Shown: positions 9,433 through 19,968, counted from the stretch's first letter. The stretch: 64,000 nt of DNA from Candidatus Babeliales bacterium (GCA_963743635.1 CAVUQO010000002.1:320001-384000), one strand, 5' to 3'. Numbers and translations: made by a program. Notes: a model not told the origin generated them from the sequence alone.

Positions 9433-10237
9433 AATGAATAGCTCCTGTTTCGTTGAGAGTGATCAATTTTTTTACAAATTTCAGTGCATGATGTGCAGCG
9501 ATATTTTCAAAACGTTTACCGCGCGTGATAATCGTGAAGTTGCGCGTTTTTGGATTAATGCCAAGCGTAATAGCATCAGTTTTTGACGTGAAGAACAGTG
9601 CGTCATGTTGCCATGCGGGAAAATCTGACGTTTCAATCGTTTTCCATAGTTCATCATTGGGTGTTTTCCAGGTGGCGTTTATGCCGCGCAAGGTACCCTG
9701 ATCGTTGAGCCAGATAAACGTAGTGTCATCATACGCGCTGCCGGTGATGAGCATATCGAAGGTGGCGCTGTGCAATTCCGCATTAAAGATAAAAGGGGAG
9801 GTTAAGAAATCTTGGAGGCTATCTTTTCGTTCAATCACGCATATGAGCGATTTATTATTATTTACGGCGACGATACCAGACCGTATAATCTGCTCAAGCC
9901 AATCGGTTGAGGGCGAACGTGCGGGCGTGAGCGAGCGTAATGCAACGAAATTTTTTTGCAGCTGCTCTTGGTGCATCATGAGAAAAAGCATGATGATGGC
10001 AGGGGAGAAGAAGAATAAGACGTTGCTGATTGTTTTAAGCTGAAGGCAGTAGGTCACGAGGCCAATTAAGCAGTAGCTATACCAGTAGACTAATAAATGT
10101 TGGTGACGATCTCTTTTGAGCCACAGCGAGAGCTGATAGAAGAGGGTCGAGAAAAACAGAATTTCAACAATGGCGCGCCAGGTTACAAAATAAGTATAGC
10201 TGTTGAAAAAAGCATTGAGTGTAGAAAATATATTCAT
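9386..10237 (-). CDS. cdaA: CdaA/DacA-like membrane diadenylate cyclase, catalytic motifs degenerate
   Basis: 3 TM helices + DisA_N-like LICVIERKDSL...SKTDAITL; synteny with ybbR and glmM; DGA and RHR absent. Confidence 0.75.
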   Translation of the reverse strand: MNIFSTLNAFFNSYTYFVTWRAIVEILFFSTLFYQLSLWLKRDRHQHLLVYWYSYCLIGLVTYCLQLKTISNVLFFFSPAIIMLFLMMHQEQLQKNFVALRSLTPARSPSTDWLEQIIRSGIVAVNNNKSLICVIERKDSLQDFLTSPFIFNAELHSATFDMLITGSAYDDTTFIWLNDQGTLRGINATWKTPNDELWKTIETSDFPAWQHDALFFTSKTDAITLGINPKTRNFTIITRGKRFENIAAHHALKFVKKLITLNETGAIHYEASEQNNNHKQPHA

Positions 10238-10270
10238 AGTGTTCCTTTTATAAGGTTATTATTTCCGTTA

Positions 10271-10414
10271 CCCATTCGATACATTTCTCTCCTTCGCCTT
10301 CGCTTTGCTCAGGACTTTGGATCGAAACACTCAGGGCGAACGGGAATTTGATCTCTCCCCGTTCGCCCTGAGTGTTTTTCATGAATGAAGTGAAATGAAA
10401 AATGTATCGAAGGG
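10271..10414. repeat. Inverted pair of REP-like palindromic elements
   Basis: ttcgatacattt...actcagggcgaacggg / cccgttcgccctgagtgttt...aaatgtatcgaaggg. Confidence 0.8.
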
Positions 10415-10504
10415 TAGGGGAAATTGCGTGATTTTCAATATATAAAGTACTCGTTCCTTTGGTAAAGGTGTTGTGCTATGATGTTCTAATCAGTATAGTC
10501 TTAA

Positions 10505-11530
<1,026 letters not shown>

Positions 11531-11609
11531 TCCGAATATTCTTTATTTACGACTCCCAAGTATGCTAGCCTACTTGGGTAAGTAACCTATAAAAAATAAA
11601 GGAGGGGGT

Positions 11610-12206
11610 ATGAACAAGGGACAATTGTTTACTCCACAAAAAGGTTTGATATACGGATATATCACGCCATTGCTGACAATTGCGTTATTCATTGTGTTAA
11701 TCGGCATATCCATATTTAGTCTCAGATATAAATCGCAAGCAAGCACCGCAAGTATTATTGAGCGAGATTTGGGACTGCTTATTGATGCATTCAAACGGAT
11801 CGACAAGGATTGTAGAATCCAGGGTTTCGATCATCAAATTACGCGTATTAATTTCTTGAATGTTAAATCATTCGCGGGTTCTGAAGTAGGGGATGTTAAT
11901 TTCGCGTTTCCACAACAATGGAAAGGTCCATATCTGCCGACTAATCCGACAATCCAGTCAGAAGAATATCTTGTCGTTGTCACCTACAAGGGTAACTTTA
12001 TAACGCCCGGCATTGGCGTTCAGCTTCCCAATGGAAAGACCGTTGATCGGAGTATACTTTTGAACAAAAATGCAGACATCGAGGCGATGATGAAGCCAGG
12101 AGCATTATTCAATCACGAGGGTAAGCCGTTAGCGGTAAAACTCGACGTTGGACCTTCGGTCACTGAGCAGATTTTGCGTGCACAATTGGCGGTGGATGAG
12201 GAATAG
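11610..12206 (+). CDS. Pseudopilin/GspG-like membrane-anchored protein
   Basis: N-terminal hydrophobic helix after KG, WKGPYL motif resembling GspG. Confidence 0.55.
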   Translation: MNKGQLFTPQKGLIYGYITPLLTIALFIVLIGISIFSLRYKSQASTASIIERDLGLLIDAFKRIDKDCRIQGFDHQITRINFLNVKSFAGSEVGDVNFAFPQQWKGPYLPTNPTIQSEEYLVVVTYKGNFITPGIGVQLPNGKTVDRSILLNKNADIEAMMKPGALFNHEGKPLAVKLDVGPSVTEQILRAQLAVDEE

Positions 12207-14636
12207 TTAGACCTTCGTGACAAATTTCTGATCTATTTTTTTAGTGCCGGACTTAAAATGTACGGTCAGAAAAACCTGTTCATTACCGCGAGTTTCGATA
12301 TTTTTAATGATACCAACCCCAAAGCTTTTATGCGCAACGGGTTGGTTCGTTTTCCAACCGTGTGTGGTTCGACTAGGCTCACCATGAGCGGGTATGATGG
12401 TGGCAACAACTGGTTCAGAAGCCGCCCCTCGATACGCTTTGCTACTCGGGATGACCGGGTGGGATGCGGTATAGCGTTGAGCAACCGCTTCTTTGATTTT
12501 TTGAGTGACCGTTTTTACAGCGCCTTTTGCACTTGCTGATCTGCCCGCCGTCTTGTCTGAAGTAGCCTTGGCACTTGATTTTGACGTAGACGTCTTAGTG
12601 AACGCAGAGCCACCAAACGTCATAACGGATGCGGGGATTTTAGTGTTGAGCCAATCAGCGAAAAATGCTTTTGCTTGAGTAATATTCCAGGAAGTGCCAT
12701 CAAACGATGGTGCCATTCGATCAGGAATTTCATCCAAGAATCGCGAAGAAATTTGATCGTTCATCTGACCGTACGTGTAGCGATGGCGGGCATGTGTGAT
12801 AAGCAATCGTTCTTTTGCACGCGTGATACCGACGTAAAAGAGGCGACGTTCTTCTTCCAAGCCTTCATCGGTGATAACTGAGCGAGAACTCGGAAATAAT
12901 CCTTCTTCAAGACCACACAAAATAACCATATCAAATTCAAGTCCTTTTGCGGCATGAAGGGTCATTAAAAGAACGGGGTCTTTAGCCTCATTCTCTTGCA
13001 TATGCTCTTGCATGAGCGCAATTTCATCGAGCAATCCGCGAATGGTGGTGATACCGTTCGCTTCAAAGTGTGCAATCGCACGCAATAATTCTTTTACGTT
13101 ATCCACGCGCGTTTGCGCTTCTTCCGTATCATACGCATTCTTGAGATAGGTAATGTAGGCAACCTGCGCAACAATCATTTCAAGGGCTCGTAAGGGGCGC
13201 GTGTCATGATTTAAAGTCTTAAAAGTGTGCGCAAATTGTTCTAGCGAAGTCTTCTTAGTGCCAGTCACTATCTTTTCAGCGACGAATGCTTTGATGATGG
13301 CGTCATAGGGCGAGAACGGTTCATTGTTCCAGCGTTCATAGAATAACTCTTCAAATTTTTCACCAAGACCACGCATTGGGCAGTTAATTACGCGAAAGAA
13401 TGCAGCGCGATCAAACGGATTGACCACGAGCCGTAAATAGGCCAAAAGATCTTTAATTTCTTTGCGATCATAGAACTGTGTGCCCCCGATAATTTTATAG
13501 GGGATGGAGTATTTGACGAGCGCTTCTTCGATGGTGCGTGATTGGTAGTGTGCGCGGTACAAGATGGCTATTGAGCTGAGCGATTGCTGTTTGGCAGCCA
13601 CCAGCATGAGTTGTGCGATTGTGTCGCCTTCTTGATAGCTCGACATGCACGCGATGGTGCGCACGCGATCTTTTGCCGGTCGATCGGACCATAAATTTTT
13701 CGGATTTCGTTGTTTGTTATTCTTAATCACGTGATTTGCGATATCTAAAATCGGCTGCACGGAGCGATAGTTTTGCTCAATTTTAATGATTTCAGTTTCA
13801 GGGAAATCATGCTTGAAGTTCATAACGTTAGCGACTGTTGCGCCACGCCATGAATAAATAGATTGATCTTCATCACCGACGACGCAGACTGAATCGATCA
13901 CCATCTTGCGCGGGCCATCTTGCGCCATTTGTTTGAGAAATTCATGCTGAATAACATTGGTATCTTGATACTCATCCACTAAAATGTGGCGCACTGTTTG
14001 CTGAAACTGTTTTTTAAACGGCGGATGTTTTTTAAAAAGATTGAGGCCTTCGATGAGTAAATCATCAAAATCGAGCGCTTTGCTGAGCCGTTTTTCTTTT
14101 TCATACGCATTGTAAAGATCGGTGAGTAATTTTGGATCGAGGCCACCAGAAAAGGTAAGTGGATCTTGCATCTGATTTTTAATTTGCGAAATCTGATATG
14201 AAAGTTGTTTTGCCGTGATGCGTTTGGTCAGAGCGCTGCGCTGAATAATGCCGTTGAGCAGCTTTGTTTGATCATCTTCATCAAGAATGGAAAGGAATGG
14301 TTGATCAAGATATTCACCATTCGTTTTGAGTAATTTTAAACAGTAGGAATGAAACGTGCCGATGAAAGGCAGGGTGTTTGCACTACCTAAAAAACGCGCG
14401 ATACGTTCTTTCATTTCATTTGCTGCTTTATTGGTAAAGGTAAGTGCAATAATCGCGCTCGGCGAAACATTCTCATTGAGTATGAGATTAGCAATGCGCG
14501 CCGTAATAACGCGCGTTTTACCAGAACCAGCACCAGCCACTACGAGCAATGCACCACATTTGGGTGTTACCGCTTGTTGTTGCGCTGGATTTAATTGTTG
14601 CGAAAAAAATTGTTTGAATGCTTGAGTATTTTCCAT
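12207..14636 (-). CDS. pcrA: ATP-dependent DNA helicase PcrA/UvrD with expanded linker before C-terminal Tudor-like domain
   Basis: AGAGSGKT, LTFTNKAA, VDEYQD, GDEDQSIYSWRGA, TLHAAKGLEF, EERRLFYVGITRA, V.H..FGVG. Confidence 0.95.
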   Translation of the reverse strand: MENTQAFKQFFSQQLNPAQQQAVTPKCGALLVVAGAGSGKTRVITARIANLILNENVSPSAIIALTFTNKAANEMKERIARFLGSANTLPFIGTFHSYCLKLLKTNGEYLDQPFLSILDEDDQTKLLNGIIQRSALTKRITAKQLSYQISQIKNQMQDPLTFSGGLDPKLLTDLYNAYEKEKRLSKALDFDDLLIEGLNLFKKHPPFKKQFQQTVRHILVDEYQDTNVIQHEFLKQMAQDGPRKMVIDSVCVVGDEDQSIYSWRGATVANVMNFKHDFPETEIIKIEQNYRSVQPILDIANHVIKNNKQRNPKNLWSDRPAKDRVRTIACMSSYQEGDTIAQLMLVAAKQQSLSSIAILYRAHYQSRTIEEALVKYSIPYKIIGGTQFYDRKEIKDLLAYLRLVVNPFDRAAFFRVINCPMRGLGEKFEELFYERWNNEPFSPYDAIIKAFVAEKIVTGTKKTSLEQFAHTFKTLNHDTRPLRALEMIVAQVAYITYLKNAYDTEEAQTRVDNVKELLRAIAHFEANGITTIRGLLDEIALMQEHMQENEAKDPVLLMTLHAAKGLEFDMVILCGLEEGLFPSSRSVITDEGLEEERRLFYVGITRAKERLLITHARHRYTYGQMNDQISSRFLDEIPDRMAPSFDGTSWNITQAKAFFADWLNTKIPASVMTFGGSAFTKTSTSKSSAKATSDKTAGRSASAKGAVKTVTQKIKEAVAQRYTASHPVIPSSKAYRGAASEPVVATIIPAHGEPSRTTHGWKTNQPVAHKSFGVGIIKNIETRGNEQVFLTVHFKSGTKKIDQKFVTKV

Positions 14637-14690
14637 ACATCATAGTGTAGCTGAAATGTGTACGTTATAAAAGCAATAAAACGTGACGCG

Positions 14691-15047
14691 TTATTTCCTT
14701 TCTTCGATCGTATGAGGATCTTGTGGGTTATCGATGAAGACCCAATTGTTTTCTGTTGAAAGAGGCTTAATGTGCGTGCGTATGTAGTGTATGAGTTGGA
14801 ACTTTTTTAGCAAGTTTATGCATGCCTGAGTGCGTTTTGCACTTTCCTGTTTGGTTGAATTTTGCGTTGTGAGCTTTTCCATTGCATGAAGATCGTAGGA
14901 TGCGCAAAAAACTAATGCGATGACGAGCGCGGTATAGCAAGACTTGCTAAGTGATGCACATTTATCCCTTATGTCCCGCGTTATGCCCCTGCGGGCTACT
15001 AGGGACGAACGGGAGTGGATATTTGTTAAAACATTAGGCTTTTTCAT
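14691..15047 (-). CDS. Secreted orphan protein (DLHA|ME) with in-frame REP-like insert in N-terminus
   Basis: Signal h-region TALVIALVFCA; REP copy at 14966-15014. Confidence 0.65.
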   Translation of the reverse strand: MKKPNVLTNIHSRSSLVARRGITRDIRDKCASLSKSCYTALVIALVFCASYDLHAMEKLTTQNSTKQESAKRTQACINLLKKFQLIHYIRTHIKPLSTENNWVFIDNPQDPHTIEERK

Positions 15048-15147
15048 ATGAATAATTTATGTTTTTTCCTTTGATAATACTTAATCAAACTAAAAATTCT
15101 CATCCCCGTTCGTCCCTAGTAGCGAAGCGTAACGCGGGACATAAGGG
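14966..15147. repeat. Inverted pair of REP-like elements (14966-15014 and 15104-15147)
   Basis: cccttatgtcccgcgtta...ctactagggacgaacggg is reverse-complementary to cccgttcgtccctagtag...taacgcgggacataaggg. Confidence 0.85.
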
Positions 15148-15217
15148 GAGCGCAGCTATTTCATAAAAAGGCCGCCACGTAATGTGACAGCCTTCTTTTG
15201 CTAGTGCTTAGAACGAT

Positions 15218-15979
15218 TTATTTTTTGGAGTAGAACCATGATAATGGTGACAACCAACTGCCTGCTGCAGGAGCTGGAGTAGATGCCGCTGCAGAAGACG
15301 AAGAAGATGATGAAGATGAAGAAGATGATGAAGCGATAGCATCTTGTGCATTGAGATTTACAAAACCATCCTTATCTTGATCTGGAAACAGATCGATGAT
15401 ATTTGGTGCTTGTTCTGCATGCACTGCTGATTTTGGATCAATGAAGTTTTTTAACGCTTTGATATTAGCTCTAATATTTTTTTGTTTTTCATGCAGGGCA
15501 TAGCTAATAGACTCTGATGCAATCAGTATTGATTGTGCTTCACGTTGTTCATCAAGTTTTCGGAGTGCTGCGAGATTGAGTGCTCGTTGATAATTGCAAA
15601 TATTTGAAAATAAGTGATTTCTTTTGTTAACGACATCCAATGCTGCATCCAATACTGCGATTTTTTGCATATTTATTTGTGTTGGGCGCTTGGCGATCAT
15701 ATCAAGCGATGGCTTAAATGATTGTAAATGTAGGCTTTGTTTTAACGCTTCAGCTCTATCAATTTGCGTTGCTTTTTGTTCAGTTTCTTCTACGAATGTT
15801 GCGAACCCATCAAAGAAAGGGAGCATATCGTCTTCTACTGGAACACTATTGCTGGATACGGCACTTATTGGTGCAACTGCGATAGCATTAGGTTTTTTCT
15901 TTCTTTTGCCGGCTTCAAGCGCTAACGGTGACGATAAAAGCAGTGTCAGTGATAGTGTGCTGATTATCTGTTTTTTCAT
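15218..15979 (-). CDS. Secreted orphan protein; basic GKRKKK after signal, poly-Ser tail
   Basis: Signal peptide LEA|G; low-complexity C-terminus. Confidence 0.8.
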   Translation of the reverse strand: MKKQIISTLSLTLLLSSPLALEAGKRKKKPNAIAVAPISAVSSNSVPVEDDMLPFFDGFATFVEETEQKATQIDRAEALKQSLHLQSFKPSLDMIAKRPTQINMQKIAVLDAALDVVNKRNHLFSNICNYQRALNLAALRKLDEQREAQSILIASESISYALHEKQKNIRANIKALKNFIDPKSAVHAEQAPNIIDLFPDQDKDGFVNLNAQDAIASSSSSSSSSSSSSAAASTPAPAAGSWLSPLSWFYSKK

Positions 15980-16028
15980 GAGGGCCCCTTTTGGAAAAGA
16001 TTAATTTTTTTAGAAAGACTATTCAGTT

Positions 16029-16268
16029 TCATTTTTTTTCACAACCATTTTTTTGATTAGGCGACTTAAAGAGTGGATTGAGCGTTGTGTTGGTGGCTGG
16101 TTCACCGTGCGTTTCTCTTTTTGCGTTTTTATCATGAAGCGCCAAGACTTCTTCCAGAGTAATTTCGTCTATTTGGCTGTTGGATTGCTTATTGTTGGGT
16201 TGCATTGCGTGCAGCGTGAAAGAAGAAACGAGAAGAGTTAGGACAAGGTTATTCCATATAATATTCAT
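16029..16268 (-). CDS. Small secreted orphan (TLHA|MQ)
   Basis: Start taken at MNIIWNN (ORF track extends to 16316); signal peptide. Confidence 0.6.
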   Translation of the reverse strand: MNIIWNNLVLTLLVSSFTLHAMQPNNKQSNSQIDEITLEEVLALHDKNAKRETHGEPATNTTLNPLFKSPNQKNGCEKK

Positions 16269-16350
16269 GAAAATCCTTTGGGCTCGCAAGGAGCATTTGG
16301 TATTGAAACGTCGCATTGTGTATATCGTGGTTTGTTAAAAAAGGCAACCA

Positions 16351-16680
16351 TCAGAGGATTATGCATTTTGAGCAAGCAGTCTCTTTGGTGTCATCGGTTT
16401 GATGATCAGAGAGTGGAATATCGGTGAAGCTACGGACATTATCTATTTTTTCTGCAAACACCTCGCTTATAGCATTTATATCGTCATCGTGGTGCGTGGT
16501 CATGTCTTGATTAAATTGGGGTTTCGGTTCTGCGGTAGTATTGGTAGTAGTGCTTGCATCGCTGTGCGTTCTTAATCTGTGTACAATTGCTTTGAGTGAT
16601 GCGATCGGCCCACTCATTATGCATGTGGGCGACGATAGTATAACGAGGGAGATTATAAGAGAGATATATGTATGTTTCAC
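16351..16680 (-). CDS. Small secreted orphan with C-terminal CaaX box (CSKCIIL)
   Basis: Signal peptide; ends C-I-I-L-stop. Confidence 0.7.
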   Translation of the reverse strand: MKHTYISLIISLVILSSPTCIMSGPIASLKAIVHRLRTHSDASTTTNTTAEPKPQFNQDMTTHHDDDINAISEVFAEKIDNVRSFTDIPLSDHQTDDTKETACSKCIIL

Positions 16681-16763
16681 CGTATGTTCCTTTATATCTT
16701 CAAAATAGAGGGATACAACACGAGTACTTTATCTCAGGAGTATTGGCATATACAAGAAATATA

Positions 16764-17069
16764 TTATTCTTTTGCGGGTTTAGGAGTTTTGGGCGTTCTG
16801 GGAGTAATGGGAGGGCGTGGGGAATTTGGATTAGAAGAACTACCATTGGAAGGGATAGAGATGGCAGCTTTTATTTTCAGGATAGTTTTGGTGTTGATAT
16901 TTTCTTCTTCGCAGAAGCTTTTATTGAGGGTTTCTTTTAATTCCTCGATGCGGCGTGGCGAAAAGGGAACGACTTCAGGGTCTGACGAAGGGGAATCTTG
17001 CATACCCATCAGCGAGGCAGTGCTTTGCGCAATAACCATGCATACTAGATAATAAATATGACGTTTCAT
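16764..17069 (-). CDS. Small secreted orphan with S/T-P-rich basic tail
   Basis: GGGAG RBS, signal peptide, SPRPPITPRTPKTPK. Confidence 0.7.
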   Translation of the reverse strand: MKRHIYYLVCMVIAQSTASLMGMQDSPSSDPEVVPFSPRRIEELKETLNKSFCEEENINTKTILKIKAAISIPSNGSSSNPNSPRPPITPRTPKTPKPAKE

Positions 17070-17112
17070 AAATCTCCCCTATAGATAACGTATGGCAGAT
17101 AATTCGAATATA

Positions 17113-17280
17113 TTTTATTTCTATTTCGCGGAATACCACGTGCTTCAGCGCGTGGATGAAAGCGAATAGAACCCGACGAAGCAAAACACTTCCTGAGGTA
17201 TAACTTCGAAGTATTAGCGAAGCCTGGGTCAAATTAATTCTGTGCGATACAACGGGTTTCAACCCGTTGAGTGCTTCATT
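17113..17280 (-). mobile_element. Non-autonomous IS200/IS605-like MITE, copy 1
   Basis: Subterminal hairpins aacgggttgaaacccgtt and ccacgcgctgaagcacgtgg; both ends homologous to 63259-63478. Confidence 0.65.
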
Positions 17281-18406
17281 ATACTGACTGTACTTTTTCT
17301 TGAGACCAAGAGTCAATGAAATTACGTAATGGTTCTAATCCTTCTTTGGAAGTCGCTGATACCAAAACATGTGGTTCGTAGCGGAATAAGAATGGCGTTA
17401 TCGTTGAAAGATCGGTAACTTTATCGATCTTATTAAAGACATACAGCATATCTTTCTCGATCTTAAGATCGCTTAAGATTTTGCGTACTACTTCGATATG
17501 GGTTTCCCAATTTTCATCAGATGCATCAATAACTTGCACGAGAAGATCTGCAAAATGCAGTTCGTCGAGAGTAGATTTGAATGCTTCAATTAATTTGGGA
17601 GGAAGTTGTTGGATGAATCCAACGGTGTCGGAGATGAGACCTTTTTTCTGACCGTGAATGTACAGTTCTCGTGTAGTGGTATCAAGGGTAGCGAACAGTT
17701 TGTCTTCAGCTAATACGGAACTTTTGGTTAACGCATTGAGAATAGTCGATTTGCCGGCATTGGTATATCCAATAAGACAAAGTTGCGGCATTTTGTTAAT
17801 GATGCGTCGCTTGCGTTGCTCTTCGCGTGTTTTACGAATGCGTTCAATTTGTCTTCTGAGTCTGAGAATGAGGAGTTCAATATGACGCGTTTCGCGTTGT
17901 TTTAACGTTTCACCTGGTCCTGCATTGACACCGATTCCGCCCGATTGTTGGGAAAGATCGATACCTTTTCCAGTCAGGCGTGTTTTAAGATATTGTAATT
18001 TCGCAATTTCAACTTGCGCCTTGCCTTCTGCTGAATGCGCAGCCTTTTCGAAAATATCCAAAATTAAGCGGGTGCGATCAAATACTTTGCAATGCAATGC
18101 ATCGGTCAGATTGCGTTCTTGTTGTGGCGTGAGTGTTTCAGAAATAATCACTTCATCGACTTCTAATTCGGTGCAGAGCTTCTGAAGTTCCTCAAGCTTA
18201 CCCTTGGTGAAAAAATAAGAGTTATCGATATCGCGTAATTTGAATACGACCATCTCTTGATAGTGAGTGCCGCTTGATTTTACTAAATTTACAAATTCAT
18301 CAATGTATGAATCGATATTAGTAAAGCTATGATAGGGCGCTTTGACGCCGATCAATAAGACTTTCGGGAGATAAACATCGAGCGTTTCAGCTTGTTTTTT
18401 TGCCAT
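17279..18406 (-). CDS. hflX: GTPase HflX
   Basis: DRTRLILDIF, GPGET, GYTNAGKS, LFATLD, DTVGFI, NKID. Confidence 0.95.
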   Translation of the reverse strand: MAKKQAETLDVYLPKVLLIGVKAPYHSFTNIDSYIDEFVNLVKSSGTHYQEMVVFKLRDIDNSYFFTKGKLEELQKLCTELEVDEVIISETLTPQQERNLTDALHCKVFDRTRLILDIFEKAAHSAEGKAQVEIAKLQYLKTRLTGKGIDLSQQSGGIGVNAGPGETLKQRETRHIELLILRLRRQIERIRKTREEQRKRRIINKMPQLCLIGYTNAGKSTILNALTKSSVLAEDKLFATLDTTTRELYIHGQKKGLISDTVGFIQQLPPKLIEAFKSTLDELHFADLLVQVIDASDENWETHIEVVRKILSDLKIEKDMLYVFNKIDKVTDLSTITPFLFRYEPHVLVSATSKEGLEPLRNFIDSWSQEKVQSV

Positions 18407-18596
18407 GGAATCACAACTTTTTATAAGAATCCTTCAACTCATCGCTTCAGGATGAGGATAAGACTATTCTATTAGAATATGTGAATAGTGTCAAGGAGAT
18501 GGCTGTTTTGATAATGTTTATTCATAGCAATTTTGCGGCAATGTGCTATAGTAATAACCATACCAAGACATATATTTAGCATGAGGTTATTCCACT

Positions 18597-19935
18597 ATGT
18601 TTGATTTCCTTTCAGAGAAGTTTTCAACTATTTTCTCTCGAATCACGGGTCAGGCGCATCTGAACGAACATAATATTAACGAGGCGTTAACCAAGGTAGA
18701 AGAGTCCCTGTTAGAAGCGGATGTACCCTACGCGGTGGTGAACACCTTTATTGAAGAAATTAAGCAAGAAGCGATCGGCAAGAAGGTACTTTTCTCCTTA
18801 AAGCCGGGCGATCAGCTCATTAAGATTGTACATGAAAAATTAAAGAGCTTTTTGGGTAGCCAGCAAGCGGCAGGGGATTTCTCCTTTCAGATACCATCCA
18901 TTGCCATGGTTATGGGTTTGCAAGGTTCAGGAAAAACTACTTCGATTGCCAAGTTGGCTCATTATGCCCAAAAACAGGCGAAAAAACGGGGCAAGACCCG
19001 CAAGATTTTAGTGGCATCAGTCGATTTTTATCGTCCTGCTGCGGTCGACCAGCTTGAAATTCTTGCAAGACAGGTTGGCATCGATTTTTATCGTGCCCAA
19101 AGCAGCAATCCCATTCGAGCGGCTGAAGAGATTCATGCCTATTATAAGCAGCATGGTTATGAGCTATTGCTCCTCGATACGGCAGGTCGTTTGCATGTGG
19201 ATCGATGAGATGCTTGAGGAGTTACGCGCTATTGATGCACGGCTCCAGCCTAAATATAAAATTTTGGTGCTTGATGCGATGACTGGTCAGGAATCCCTGG
19301 CGGTGGCGCAAGCATTTGACCAAGCGGTCGGTTTTCACTGGGCATTATTGAGTAAAATGGATAGTGAGACGCGTGGCGGTTCAGCCTTTGCGTTTCGTTA
19401 TGTGCTTAAAAAGCCAGTCCTTTTTATCGGTATGGGTGAAAAAATAGATGATCTTGAACAGTTCCATCCTGATCGGATGGCAGGGCGTATCCTTGGTATG
19501 GGAGACGTGCTGACCCTGTTGGAACGCGCTGAAGAGCGGGTGCAGATAGCCGATCAAGAATCATTGTATCAAATCAATTTCACGACGGGCATTTGACCTT
19601 ACAGGACTTTGCTGACCAAATTAGCATGGTCAATAAGATCGGTTCTTTGGGCAAATATGGTAAAATATATGCCGGGAATCGGCGGAAAGTTATCTCCTCA
19701 GGCAATTGAGCAGGGCGAGCGACAATTGGCTCAATTTAGGGCAATTATTAGTTCGATGACGATGAAAGAGCGTCTGGATCCACGTATCCTCAATGGTGAG
19801 CGTAAAAAACGCATAGCCGGCGGGGCGGGGGTAACGCCTTCTGACATCAATCTTTTGCTCGAGAGATTTGAACAAAGTCAGCAATATGTTAAACTTTTCA
19901 AGAAGATGAATAAATTCGGTAGTTTTTTCAAATAA
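18597..19935 (+). CDS. ffh: Signal recognition particle protein (frameshifts near 19200 and 19585, likely sequence errors)
   Basis: LLEADV, GLQGSGKTT, DTAGR, RMAGRILGMGD, IISSMT..ER across three frames. Confidence 0.92.
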
Positions 19936-19968
19936 ATAGATCATTTTTTTTACTTAAAGGACCATTTA

